Assembly: GCA_028705215.1 (NCBI GenBank) | Contig: JAQWDY010000002.1 | Span: 24,759-88,758 of the forward strand | DNA length: 64,000 nt | DNA from: Patescibacteria group bacterium | GTDB taxonomy: Bacteria; Patescibacteriota; Patescibacteriia; Patescibacteriales; UBA12465 | Reading direction: 5' to 3' | Shown: piece after piece, positions 45,765-54,271 of the stretch | Layout of the letters: every line of letters starts with the position of its first letter | How positions within the stretch are numbered: the first letter of the stretch is position 1 | The notes under the pieces: model-generated | Database searches by the model: none | What the model saw: the letters and a program-made list of their open reading frames with translations, nothing else | Told to the model about the DNA's origin: nothing | Made by a program: the position numbers and the translations under genes

Positions 45765-46220
45765 TTAAAGCTTAGCTGCCAAAAAACCATAATTATCCTT
45801 CCAGACATAATTGAGCCATAAAACATCAACTTTACGCCTACTGCCAGTTATTAACAAAGCTGGAACACCATAACCACAACCAGTTTCTTTAACAAGCGAG
45901 TCAAGCGCAATAATGGGAAAAGAATAATTTATTTTATAATTTTCCTTGCCCCACGCCAATAACTCATGGAAGTTTGCTGGTCTATAACTTTTTTTCCGAA
46001 AATAGAGCAATAAATCAGCTGTTTTAATTTTTCCAGTTAGAGAAAAAAGAAATAAAGAGACTTCATTTGGCAAAGCTTGTGATAAGGGGGGCGGCAAGAA
46101 AAGCTCTTCACAAATATCGCTACCGGCTTCATAACCACCTTCTGCAAGTAAATCAATGAGCCCTAAATTATAATCCAATTTTACTCTTGTCTCACTGATA
46201 CGCTTTAATACATTTTCCAT
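45765..46220 (-). CDS. hypothetical protein (151 aa)
   Basis: ATG-initiated ORF with a terminator downstream. I recognise no family. Confidence 0.45.
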   Translation of the reverse strand: MENVLKRISETRVKLDYNLGLIDLLAEGGYEAGSDICEELFLPPPLSQALPNEVSLFLFSLTGKIKTADLLLYFRKKSYRPANFHELLAWGKENYKINYSFPIIALDSLVKETGCGYGVPALLITGSRRKVDVLWLNYVWKDNYGFLAAKL

Positions 46221-46303
46221 AATCTATAATTTTTGATGTTTATACAATTTTTAAATAACGGTCATCTAATTAACTCACAATTTTTTTTGACAGTCAAGTC
46301 TAA

Positions 46304-48937
46304 TTATTTTTTATACTCATTTAAATGAACAATTTTTTTACCCAATTCAAATACCACAATACTGGCAATGCCAAAACCTAATGGGAAAATCCAATCAAAT
46401 AAAGACAATGGTTTAACACTTAATAATCTGTTCAAAAATGGCAAATAAACAGATGCTACCAATAGGGCAAAACCAATTAAAGTCGCATAAACCAGGTATT
46501 GATTTGAAAAAGGATTAATTTTGAAAATCGATTGTTTTAAACCACGAACTGCATAAATATAAACTAAAGTACTTGCCCCAATTGTAACAAACATTACTGA
46601 TCGCGCTAAATCAACATCGCCAATTATTTTCCAATAAAAATAGAAGATAGCTAGAGCTAGCCCATCCATTACAATTGCATAAAAGACAATAACTTTTTGC
46701 AAACTAGTTGGTAAAAAGGTCTGATTTTTAGGACGTGGCTTTTCTCGCATAACATTCTTTTCAGTCTTATCAAAGGCCAAGCTAGCAGCTGGCAAAGGAT
46801 CTTCAATTAACTTAATCCACAACACTTGAACTGGCAAAATTGGTAATGGCCAACCTAATAAAATAGCCGAACCTATAATTACCATTTCTTGAAAACAATC
46901 TGTGAAAAGATACAATATTACTTTTTGAATATTATTAAAAGTGATTCGCCCTTGTTTAATAGCCTCAATAATGGTTAGGAAACTATTATCTAATAAAACT
47001 AAATCGGCCACCTCTTTTGCCACATCTGTGCCATTTCCAACCGCTACACCTATATCTGCCTTTTTTAAAGCGGGCGAATCATTTATGCCATCACCCGTCA
47101 TCGCAACTACGCGATTATTTTGTTGTAAGGCAGAAACAATTTTTAATTTATGATGCGGGCTAACACGCGCATAAAGACGTATACTATTTACTTTTTTCCT
47201 TAATTCATTGTCACTCATTTTATCTAAAGCGTCTCCATCTAAAACATTCTTACTATTAATTTCAAAACCGATTTCCCGAGCGATAGCGATAGCTGTTTTT
47301 TCATGATCGCCAGTAATTATGACCACTCTTATTCCCGCTTTCTGACAAGAGGCAATCGCCTCTTTTACATTTGGCCTAATTTGATCCCGTAGAGAAAATA
47401 TTCCCACCATTGTTAAATTCTGCAATTCGTCATATTTTAATTCCCCCTTTTTCCCCGCCTCTCTTTCTACATACGCTAGAGCAATCACTCTGGCGCCTAA
47501 CATAGTCACTTTATCGATTTTAGTCTGATAAAAATCTCTTTCCTTGGCTGTCATTTTTTTTGCCCCCCGGTCTGATTCATATTGACTTGATAATTTCAGA
47601 ATTTTCTCTGGCGCTCCTTTTACATATATAATCTGTTTTCCATTTTTTCCTACTTTATGTGAAGTGGCCATTAATTTAATTTCCGAAGAAAACTGCAAGG
47701 TGCTAAGACGCGGCTCTTCTAATTCAATTTCACGACGATATAGGCCAAAGCTAGCCCCCTTTAACATAAAAGCTTTATCTGTTGGGTTACCTAGTACTTT
47801 TAAATTAGCTTCTTTTTCACCAGGATTTTCTAACAAGCCATCATTACACAATACTCCAATTTTTAAAGCTAAATTATGTTTTTCTATTTTTTCTTCACCC
47901 TTTATGGTAAATAGCTTATCAACCATCATCTCTCCCTGAGTCAAAGTTCCTGTCTTATCAGCGCAAATTACAGAAACAGAGCCCAAGGTCTCAGCAGCAA
48001 CCGCCCGACGCACCAAACCTTTTTTCTTAGCAAGACGTTGCATACCAATAGCTAAAATTATAGCCATTGCCGGAATTAGCCCCTCAGGAACCGCTGAAAC
48101 AACAATAACCACTGAAACCATAAACATTTCGAAAACATCACGTCCTGACAAAACGCCAATAAAAAAAATTAAAACATTAGCAAAGATTAAAAATAGACCC
48201 AGTTTAATTCCAAATTTATTAATCTGACGCTGTAAAGGCGTTAAATCATCACTCGTTTCTTTAATTAATTTTGCTACTTGTCCAATCTCTGTCTTAGCTC
48301 CCACAGCCGTAATTACCATTTCTCCCCTTCCCTCAACTACCACTGTTTCTCTATAAGCCATGTTTTTTCTATCTCCTAACCCCACCTCCTTCTTTATTTC
48401 TGCCACCTCTTTAATTACTGGCAGTGATTCTCCGGTTAGAGGAGCTTCATTTATCTTTAAATTAGAAACTGTAAAAAGACGACCATCAGCTGGCACCACA
48501 TCGCCGGGGTTAAGCTCAATAACATCACCAATCACCAGCTCTTCACGGTTGATAATAACAAGCTCCTCTCCTCTTCTTACCCTAATCTCATGAACAACAG
48601 TGCTATTTAATTTTTTTAATGCATTATTAGCCTTCCATTCCTGAAAAAAACCAACCGTATTAGTCATCAATATAACCAAAAAAATAATTAGTGAATCACT
48701 TTTATGTCCTGCAAAATAACTAATAGCTAAAGCTGCTACTAAAATAAATACCAGTGGATTTTTAAACTGATTTAAAAATAAACGCAAGCTGCCAAAAGCC
48801 TTATTCCTGGGTAGTTTATTTAAACCGTTAGCCGCTAATCGCTTCTTAGCCTCTTTGAGCTCCAAACCCTTTTCGCTTGTTTTTAACTTTTTAAAAACCT
48901 CCTTGGTAGTAAGTTGATAAAATAAAAAATTACTCAT
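46304..48937 (-). CDS. P-type cation-transporting ATPase, type II (Ca2+-ATPase-like)
   Basis: PLTGESLPV, ICADKTGTLTQ, ITGDHEKTA and MTGDGINDSPALKKADIGVA. About 10 TM segments. Confidence 0.92.
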   Translation of the reverse strand: MSNFLFYQLTTKEVFKKLKTSEKGLELKEAKKRLAANGLNKLPRNKAFGSLRLFLNQFKNPLVFILVAALAISYFAGHKSDSLIIFLVILMTNTVGFFQEWKANNALKKLNSTVVHEIRVRRGEELVIINREELVIGDVIELNPGDVVPADGRLFTVSNLKINEAPLTGESLPVIKEVAEIKKEVGLGDRKNMAYRETVVVEGRGEMVITAVGAKTEIGQVAKLIKETSDDLTPLQRQINKFGIKLGLFLIFANVLIFFIGVLSGRDVFEMFMVSVVIVVSAVPEGLIPAMAIILAIGMQRLAKKKGLVRRAVAAETLGSVSVICADKTGTLTQGEMMVDKLFTIKGEEKIEKHNLALKIGVLCNDGLLENPGEKEANLKVLGNPTDKAFMLKGASFGLYRREIELEEPRLSTLQFSSEIKLMATSHKVGKNGKQIIYVKGAPEKILKLSSQYESDRGAKKMTAKERDFYQTKIDKVTMLGARVIALAYVEREAGKKGELKYDELQNLTMVGIFSLRDQIRPNVKEAIASCQKAGIRVVIITGDHEKTAIAIAREIGFEINSKNVLDGDALDKMSDNELRKKVNSIRLYARVSPHHKLKIVSALQQNNRVVAMTGDGINDSPALKKADIGVAVGNGTDVAKEVADLVLLDNSFLTIIEAIKQGRITFNNIQKVILYLFTDCFQEMVIIGSAILLGWPLPILPVQVLWIKLIEDPLPAASLAFDKTEKNVMREKPRPKNQTFLPTSLQKVIVFYAIVMDGLALAIFYFYWKIIGDVDLARSVMFVTIGASTLVYIYAVRGLKQSIFKINPFSNQYLVYATLIGFALLVASVYLPFLNRLLSVKPLSLFDWIFPLGFGIASIVVFELGKKIVHLNEYKK

Positions 48938-49000
48938 TGTTTTAAATATAATTTAGTCTTATTTTTAATTTTATCATAAATTGCCTCTTAGCTCCAATAT

Positions 49001-49033
49001 AAAAAAGCCCTTAAATTAAATTAAGGGTTTTTT
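49001..49033 (-). terminator. intrinsic terminator (bidirectional-looking)
   Basis: Minus strand CCCUUAA-UUUAAU-UUAAGGG followed by CUUUUUUAUAUU. Confidence 0.7.
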
Positions 49034-49051
49034 ATATTTTCCACTATTTTA

Positions 49052-49483
49052 TTATTTCATTTTAGACAGCCCACCCATGCCTCTGCCCGACATCATGCCC
49101 TGGCCTTGATTATCAATACCAATTTCAAGAAATTTATTATGAGCCTGCTCCATTAAATCATGTGCCTCCAAAAATGTAGCAAAATTTTCGGCAGTTATCT
49201 TGTCAGCAAGGAAATGATCCTCTGGCAAGGCTTCCTTCCAAGAATTGTAATCACGCGACTTTAAGGCAGTTTGCATAATATCCCTATTTACTTCTCGAGT
49301 CATATAATTTGCCCCGCGACGCTCATCTCTTTCAGCTATCTTTTCGATTTTTTCTTCTTCACTTAAACCAAACATTCCTCCTCGATTAGATTGATTGGCG
49401 GCATCAGCAATTATTGCGCCACCGAAAAGAAAGGCAAAAGAACCTAAAATTAATAAACTACTTTTTAATTTTTTGTTTTTCAT
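49052..49483 (-). CDS. small secreted or anchored helical protein with a Gly/Met-rich tail (envelope-stress-type?)
   Basis: 143 aa. Signal/anchor is LKSSLLILGSFAFLFGGAIIADA, followed by a charged helical body and the tail GQGMMSGRGMGGLSKMK. It lies downstream of the ECF sigma pair. Confidence 0.5.
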   Translation of the reverse strand: MKNKKLKSSLLILGSFAFLFGGAIIADAANQSNRGGMFGLSEEEKIEKIAERDERRGANYMTREVNRDIMQTALKSRDYNSWKEALPEDHFLADKITAENFATFLEAHDLMEQAHNKFLEIGIDNQGQGMMSGRGMGGLSKMK

Positions 49484-49561
49484 AGATTTATATTATTCCT
49501 AATTTGTCTCTACAATTAGGAAATGTTAATTAATAAACAGAGATTTCTCTCTGCTTATTAC

Positions 49562-49586
49562 TACGTACAAATATTTATTTTCTTCA
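49562..49586 (-). promoter_or_regulatory. promoter-like motif TGAAGAAAA-N12-CGTA (copy A)
   Basis: On the minus strand, TGAAGA (49586-49581), 15 nt and CGTA (49565-49562). The architecture matches copy B at 51003-51027. Confidence 0.4.
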
Positions 49587-49604
49587 TTTTCAAAAAATAT
49601 AAAA

Positions 49605-50360
49605 TTACCTATTTAGTAATAAATCATGGTTTTGCCCCCTGGGAGCTTGTCTTTGGAACATTCTTTTACCGGCCGAATAAGGTAAAACCTTTAAAGCAAA
49701 AAACTCATTTTCTCCTGTTTTTTCCCCAATAAAACGAGCAATTTCATTTTCTCTTAATAAAATTTTCTCCTGATTAAAATTTAAAAAAACCTGCCAAATT
49801 ACTCCTTTTTCATCTCTAACTTCAACATAGTCATTTGTCTTAAAGGGTAAAACAACTCCTAGCAAACGCCCTTTATCAGGCGCAGACCAAAAACCCATTT
49901 GCGGATTAATTACTGTTTGATATAAAGGTGTTTTATAGCTTAAAATTTCATCTATCTTTTCCCCTAGGCCCGCTTTGGTCATAACTGATCCTAAAAAAAT
50001 ACTTCCTAAAAACGATCCAGTAATTATTAACCAAAGTGGATAAAGGTAGCCCTTTTTAGTGTGTTTAACCTGTACAAATATAATGATAATAAAAACAGCA
50101 ACAAAAAATATCCAAAAAAACGGTAGAGTGTTTAACAATAAGCGCCAGCTGGAGATATTTATATCCCGACTTGAAGATAAGTCTAAATTATTTAATAGAA
50201 ATAATAAAACTGAGAATGAAAGAGAGCTAAAAAGAAAAGCAATAAGTGCCAATAACCAAACAAAAATATTTTTTAACTTAAATTGCCAGCGTCTAATTGG
50301 TTTAATTTTTCTATCTTTTATAATACTTATTATTTTTTCACCTAATTTTTCTTCTGCCAT
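49605..50360 (-). CDS. polytopic membrane protein, positional candidate for the anti-sigma factor
   Basis: 251 aa with about 4 TM helices and a soluble C-terminal domain. It starts 14 nt after the ECF sigma stop. No recognisable zinc anti-sigma motif. Confidence 0.45.
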   Translation of the reverse strand: MAEEKLGEKIISIIKDRKIKPIRRWQFKLKNIFVWLLALIAFLFSSLSFSVLLFLLNNLDLSSSRDINISSWRLLLNTLPFFWIFFVAVFIIIIFVQVKHTKKGYLYPLWLIITGSFLGSIFLGSVMTKAGLGEKIDEILSYKTPLYQTVINPQMGFWSAPDKGRLLGVVLPFKTNDYVEVRDEKGVIWQVFLNFNQEKILLRENEIARFIGEKTGENEFFALKVLPYSAGKRMFQRQAPRGQNHDLLLNR

Positions 50361-50374
50361 ATATTTATAAACAG

Positions 50375-50959
50375 CTACTTATTTGTCTGCACTAATATTT
50401 TGATTAATTCTTTTTTAGCCTTATTTAAACGAGAGGCAACTGTTCCTAAGGGCTTTTTTATAATATCCGCTATTTCCTTATAATCTCTTTCTTCAACAAA
50501 TTTAAGAATTATTACTTCCTGATATTTTAAATTTAAACTGGAAATAGCTTGATTTATTTTCTCTATTTTTTCTTCTTGAATAATCTTATCTAAAACATCA
50601 TCATCGAATCTCAACTCTTTAAAATTACTTTCCCTTATATCAATATCAAGAATTTGCGGACGGGCTTTAAAACGACGATAATTATCAATTATCTCGTTAT
50701 GAGCAATCCGATAAATCCACGATGAGAAAGATAACTTATTATCAAAGTCATTCAAATTTAAATATACTTTGATAAATACATTTTGCAAAATATCATCAAC
50801 TTCCTCCTCTCTTACATTAATCATTCTTTTTATATAAAGTCGTAACTTCTTTTTATATTTTTCAACAATATAAAAAAAATCGTCTTTATCTTTTAGAGCC
50901 AGAGTCACCAATTCCCCATCACTTAAATTTATATATTCTTTTTCTAAGCCAAGTGGCAT
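50375..50959 (-). CDS. ECF-type RNA polymerase sigma factor (sigma-70 regions 2 and 4 only)
   Basis: Region 2 is FSSWIYRIAHNEIIDNYRR. Region 4 is YQEVIILKFVEERDYKEIADIIKKPLGTVASRLNKAKKEL. Confidence 0.88.
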   Translation of the reverse strand: MPLGLEKEYINLSDGELVTLALKDKDDFFYIVEKYKKKLRLYIKRMINVREEEVDDILQNVFIKVYLNLNDFDNKLSFSSWIYRIAHNEIIDNYRRFKARPQILDIDIRESNFKELRFDDDVLDKIIQEEKIEKINQAISSLNLKYQEVIILKFVEERDYKEIADIIKKPLGTVASRLNKAKKELIKILVQTNK

Positions 50960-51002
50960 AATACTAAAAATTCAAAAAATTGTTTAACTTAACTTTATAT
51001 AA

Positions 51003-51027
51003 TACGATTTTAAATTATTTTTCTTCA
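51003..51027 (-). promoter_or_regulatory. promoter-like motif TGAAGAAAA-N12-CGTA (copy B), directly upstream of the ECF sigma gene
   Basis: On the minus strand, TGAAGA (51027-51022), 15 nt and CGTA (51006-51003). It can alternatively be read as TTGAAG-18-TATTAT. Confidence 0.4.
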
Positions 51028-51028
51028 A

Positions 51029-52276
51029 CTAATCCTCCTTCCTAAGAGCGGTAATAGGATCAAGACGAGATGCTTGTTGTGCTGGTCTTATTCCAAATAA
51101 AAAGCCGCAACCAAGAGAAAACAACAATGAAATCAAAACTCCTTGAAACGGAAAAGTAAAATACCAATTTAGACCAAAGCGATTAGCTAGTAAAGCAAAA
51201 ATATAGGCTAGGACAAGGCCAAATATAACACCTAGTAGCCAGCCCCAAAAGGTTATCAAAACCGCCTCAATTAGAAATTGCCAAGTAATATCTCCCTTTT
51301 TTGCGCCCAAAGCCTTACGTAATCCTATTTCTGGCGTTCTTTCAGAAACAGTAACATACATAATATTCATAATACCAACTCCTCCTACCAACAATGAAAT
51401 CAACACTATAGCAAGTAGAAGAAAGGTGATTGCTCCCGTTACGGTATTTAAAATATCAATCATCTCTTCCATCGTAGATACTCGAAAATCATCTTTATCA
51501 GGATTATCAATATCGTGCCTCTCTCTTAAAAGATAACGTATTTCTTCTGCCGTTTCATCAGCGATATCAGTATTATAGAGTTCATGAATAAAATACATAG
51601 CATAATCAATTCCCAACATTTTTTTATGCAGAGTATTAATTGGAATAAAGGCCATATCATTAAAATCCATAAAACCGAATGAACCACCTCTTTCTTCCAA
51701 AACACCAACTACTCTAAACTTTTTACCACCTAAAGAAACAAACTCGCCCACCGCTGTCTGATCACCAAATAAGGTTTCTTTTATTTTACTTCCCAAAACC
51801 GCCACTTGCGCCTGCCCCCTGTCATCAGCCTCAGAAAAAAAAGTTCCCTCAACTAGGTTCGTAGCGCTATCAATATATTGATATGGCGCACTTACTCCAA
51901 ATATAAACACTTTTTGACTTTCGCTTCCATATTTAATTCTATCTTGACCTAGGGTTGCAGCGTAGCTATATTTGACATTATTTAACCTATCAATTGCCTC
52001 CATATCACTAACCTTTAAGCTAGTAATTTCACCTACAGCAAAACTAGCAGACTCACTCGGTGTTTTTACCTCAGTCTGAATTATGTTAGTCCCGTATGAC
52101 TCAACCTCACCTAAAATTAAACTACGCAAACCATCGCCAGCGGAAAAGACAACAACAATAGAGGTAACGCCAACCACTATACCTAAAACCGTTAAACTGG
52201 TACGTAAAATATTAAGGCGCAAAGAAGTTAGTGCCAATTTAAAAGCTATTTGAATTTTAGAAATTAATTTATTCAT
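51029..52276 (-). CDS. ABC transporter permease, MacB/FtsX type (paralogue 2)
   Basis: MacB-type periplasmic domain between TM1 and TM2. The FtsX motif is GVGIMNIMYVTVSERTPEIGLRKALGAKKGDI. The longest ORF starts at TTG 52291. Confidence 0.88.
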   Translation of the reverse strand: MNKLISKIQIAFKLALTSLRLNILRTSLTVLGIVVGVTSIVVVFSAGDGLRSLILGEVESYGTNIIQTEVKTPSESASFAVGEITSLKVSDMEAIDRLNNVKYSYAATLGQDRIKYGSESQKVFIFGVSAPYQYIDSATNLVEGTFFSEADDRGQAQVAVLGSKIKETLFGDQTAVGEFVSLGGKKFRVVGVLEERGGSFGFMDFNDMAFIPINTLHKKMLGIDYAMYFIHELYNTDIADETAEEIRYLLRERHDIDNPDKDDFRVSTMEEMIDILNTVTGAITFLLLAIVLISLLVGGVGIMNIMYVTVSERTPEIGLRKALGAKKGDITWQFLIEAVLITFWGWLLGVIFGLVLAYIFALLANRFGLNWYFTFPFQGVLISLLFSLGCGFLFGIRPAQQASRLDPITALRKED

Positions 52277-53519
52277 AATGCAGGGCATCAATAGGATTTA
52301 GATCACTTGCTTTTTTTGCTGGGTAATAACCAAAAATAATACCAATGATAGCCGCTACTGAAACAGCCAAAATTATAGAAGATGCAGAAACAACAAAGGC
52401 CCAATCATAGCCTAAAGATATAACAATAACAGTTGTTAAATAAGCTAATACTATACCCATTATCAAACCAATAAAACCACCAACTAAAGTTAAGGCCACT
52501 GACTCAAATAAAAATTGAAATCTAATTTGACGCTTTGTTGCCCCTAAAGCCTTACGCAATCCTATTTCCCTTGTTCTTTCGGTAACACCAACTAGCATTA
52601 TATTCATAATGCCAATCCCTCCCACCAACAATGAAAGCGCTGCCATTGCCGCTAGAAAATACCGCAAAGCGTTAGTAATGCTCGTTATCAATTCTAAAGC
52701 ATCAGCAAAACTGCGAACAGAAAAATCGTCATCAGCCGGATTATCAATATTATGCCTTTCCCTTAAAATTATTTTAATAACCTCCATTGTCTCATCAATA
52801 TTTTCCTCCGAACTAACGGCTACTCGAATAGCACTTAAATAGTCAACTCCAGAAATTTCTTTTTGCACAAACTTCAATGGAGCAAAAATACCATCATCAG
52901 AATTAGAAAAACCGCTCTGACCACGCGGCTTCAAAACGCCAATAACAATCAATTGTCTATTTTTTACTTTCAATCTTTTACCGATTGGATTTTCTTCTAA
53001 AAAAAGTTCATTCGCTACATTACTTCCCAGCACCGCTAAGCCAGCATTAGAATTTAATTCATCTGTCGAAAAAAATCTACCCTGCGCAATCTCCGTTCCC
53101 TTTTCAACCTCTAAATAGTCACCCGCTATTCCTTCAAGTTGACCATCATAACTACGATCCTGATAATAGGCACTAACGTTAGCGTCGTAATAGGAAACAA
53201 CACTTTCTACATGAGGAACGTTACCCTCTTTTTTTATATAATTTGCATCCGCTTCCTTTAAAGTTGTAATCTTCACTCCAAAAACTGAAGCTGGTGGCCC
53301 TTTTTCATTCGACTGACCTGGTAAAATACCAATTAAATTACCACCAAATGAATCAACTTGACTTAAAATTAAACTTTGCGCACCCGCGCCTAAGGACATA
53401 ATTAAAACTACCGCTCCAACACCAATAATAATTCCTAGCATAGTTAAAAAGCTCCTTGTTTTATTAACTAAAAGAGCTCTTTTGACTATCTTTAATATTT
53501 GCAGAAAATTATCAAACAT
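52269..53519 (-). CDS. ABC transporter permease, MacB/FtsX type (paralogue 1)
   Basis: GGIGIMNIMLVGVTERTREIGLRKALGATKRQI. The architecture is the same as the downstream paralogue. Confidence 0.9.
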   Translation of the reverse strand: MFDNFLQILKIVKRALLVNKTRSFLTMLGIIIGVGAVVLIMSLGAGAQSLILSQVDSFGGNLIGILPGQSNEKGPPASVFGVKITTLKEADANYIKKEGNVPHVESVVSYYDANVSAYYQDRSYDGQLEGIAGDYLEVEKGTEIAQGRFFSTDELNSNAGLAVLGSNVANELFLEENPIGKRLKVKNRQLIVIGVLKPRGQSGFSNSDDGIFAPLKFVQKEISGVDYLSAIRVAVSSEENIDETMEVIKIILRERHNIDNPADDDFSVRSFADALELITSITNALRYFLAAMAALSLLVGGIGIMNIMLVGVTERTREIGLRKALGATKRQIRFQFLFESVALTLVGGFIGLIMGIVLAYLTTVIVISLGYDWAFVVSASSIILAVSVAAIIGIIFGYYPAKKASDLNPIDALHYE

Positions 53520-53525
53520 AAACTA

Positions 53526-54248
53526 TTATTTGAGAAGTTCGCCATCACGTGCAAAGCGTCGATTTTCCACTTTTGTATCCGCCACAACCACGCCATCTAA
53601 AATACGGATTATTCTTTCCGCGTGCTCGGCGGTAAAAGTTTCATGAGTAACTAGAATAATTGTTCTTCCTTCCGCGTGTAATTTTTGCAATATCTCCATT
53701 ACCTGTCTACCTGATTTAGAATCTAGATTTCCAGTTGGCTCATCAGCAAAAATTACCGAAGGATCATTTACTAAAGCCCGAGCGATAGCGACTCTTTGTT
53801 TTTCTCCACCCGATATTTGATTGGTAAAATAGGATAAACGATGTGAAAGGCCAACATTATCTAAAACCATCTTCGCCCTTTTATCCATATCTTTTTTATC
53901 ATCAGAATAAATTAAAGGTAATTTTACATTCTCTAAAACAGAGGTGCGCGCTAAAAGATTAAAAGACTGAAAAACAAAGCCAATTTCTTTATTTCTTATC
54001 CTTGCCATTTGATCATCATCTAAATGCGATACATCTTTATTGGCAAAAAGATAAGTTCCTTTCGATAGGGCTGAAAGCATGCCTAAAATATGCATTAATG
54101 TTGATTTGCCAGAACCAGACGGCCCCATAATTGAAACAAACTCGCCACGTTTAATTGTTAAATTAATTCCCTTTAAAACCTGGGTTTCAATTTCTCCTAA
54201 TTTATATATTTTCTCTAAATTTCTTATTTCAATAAGATTTTCTTTCAT
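53526..54248 (-). CDS. ABC transporter ATP-binding protein (MacB/LolD type)
   Basis: Walker [10 protein letters not shown], signature [15 protein letters not shown] and Walker [12 protein letters not shown]. Confidence 0.95.
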   Translation of the reverse strand: MKENLIEIRNLEKIYKLGEIETQVLKGINLTIKRGEFVSIMGPSGSGKSTLMHILGMLSALSKGTYLFANKDVSHLDDDQMARIRNKEIGFVFQSFNLLARTSVLENVKLPLIYSDDKKDMDKRAKMVLDNVGLSHRLSYFTNQISGGEKQRVAIARALVNDPSVIFADEPTGNLDSKSGRQVMEILQKLHAEGRTIILVTHETFTAEHAERIIRILDGVVVADTKVENRRFARDGELLK

Positions 54249-54271
54249 ACAGGTATCAATTTAACTTATTA

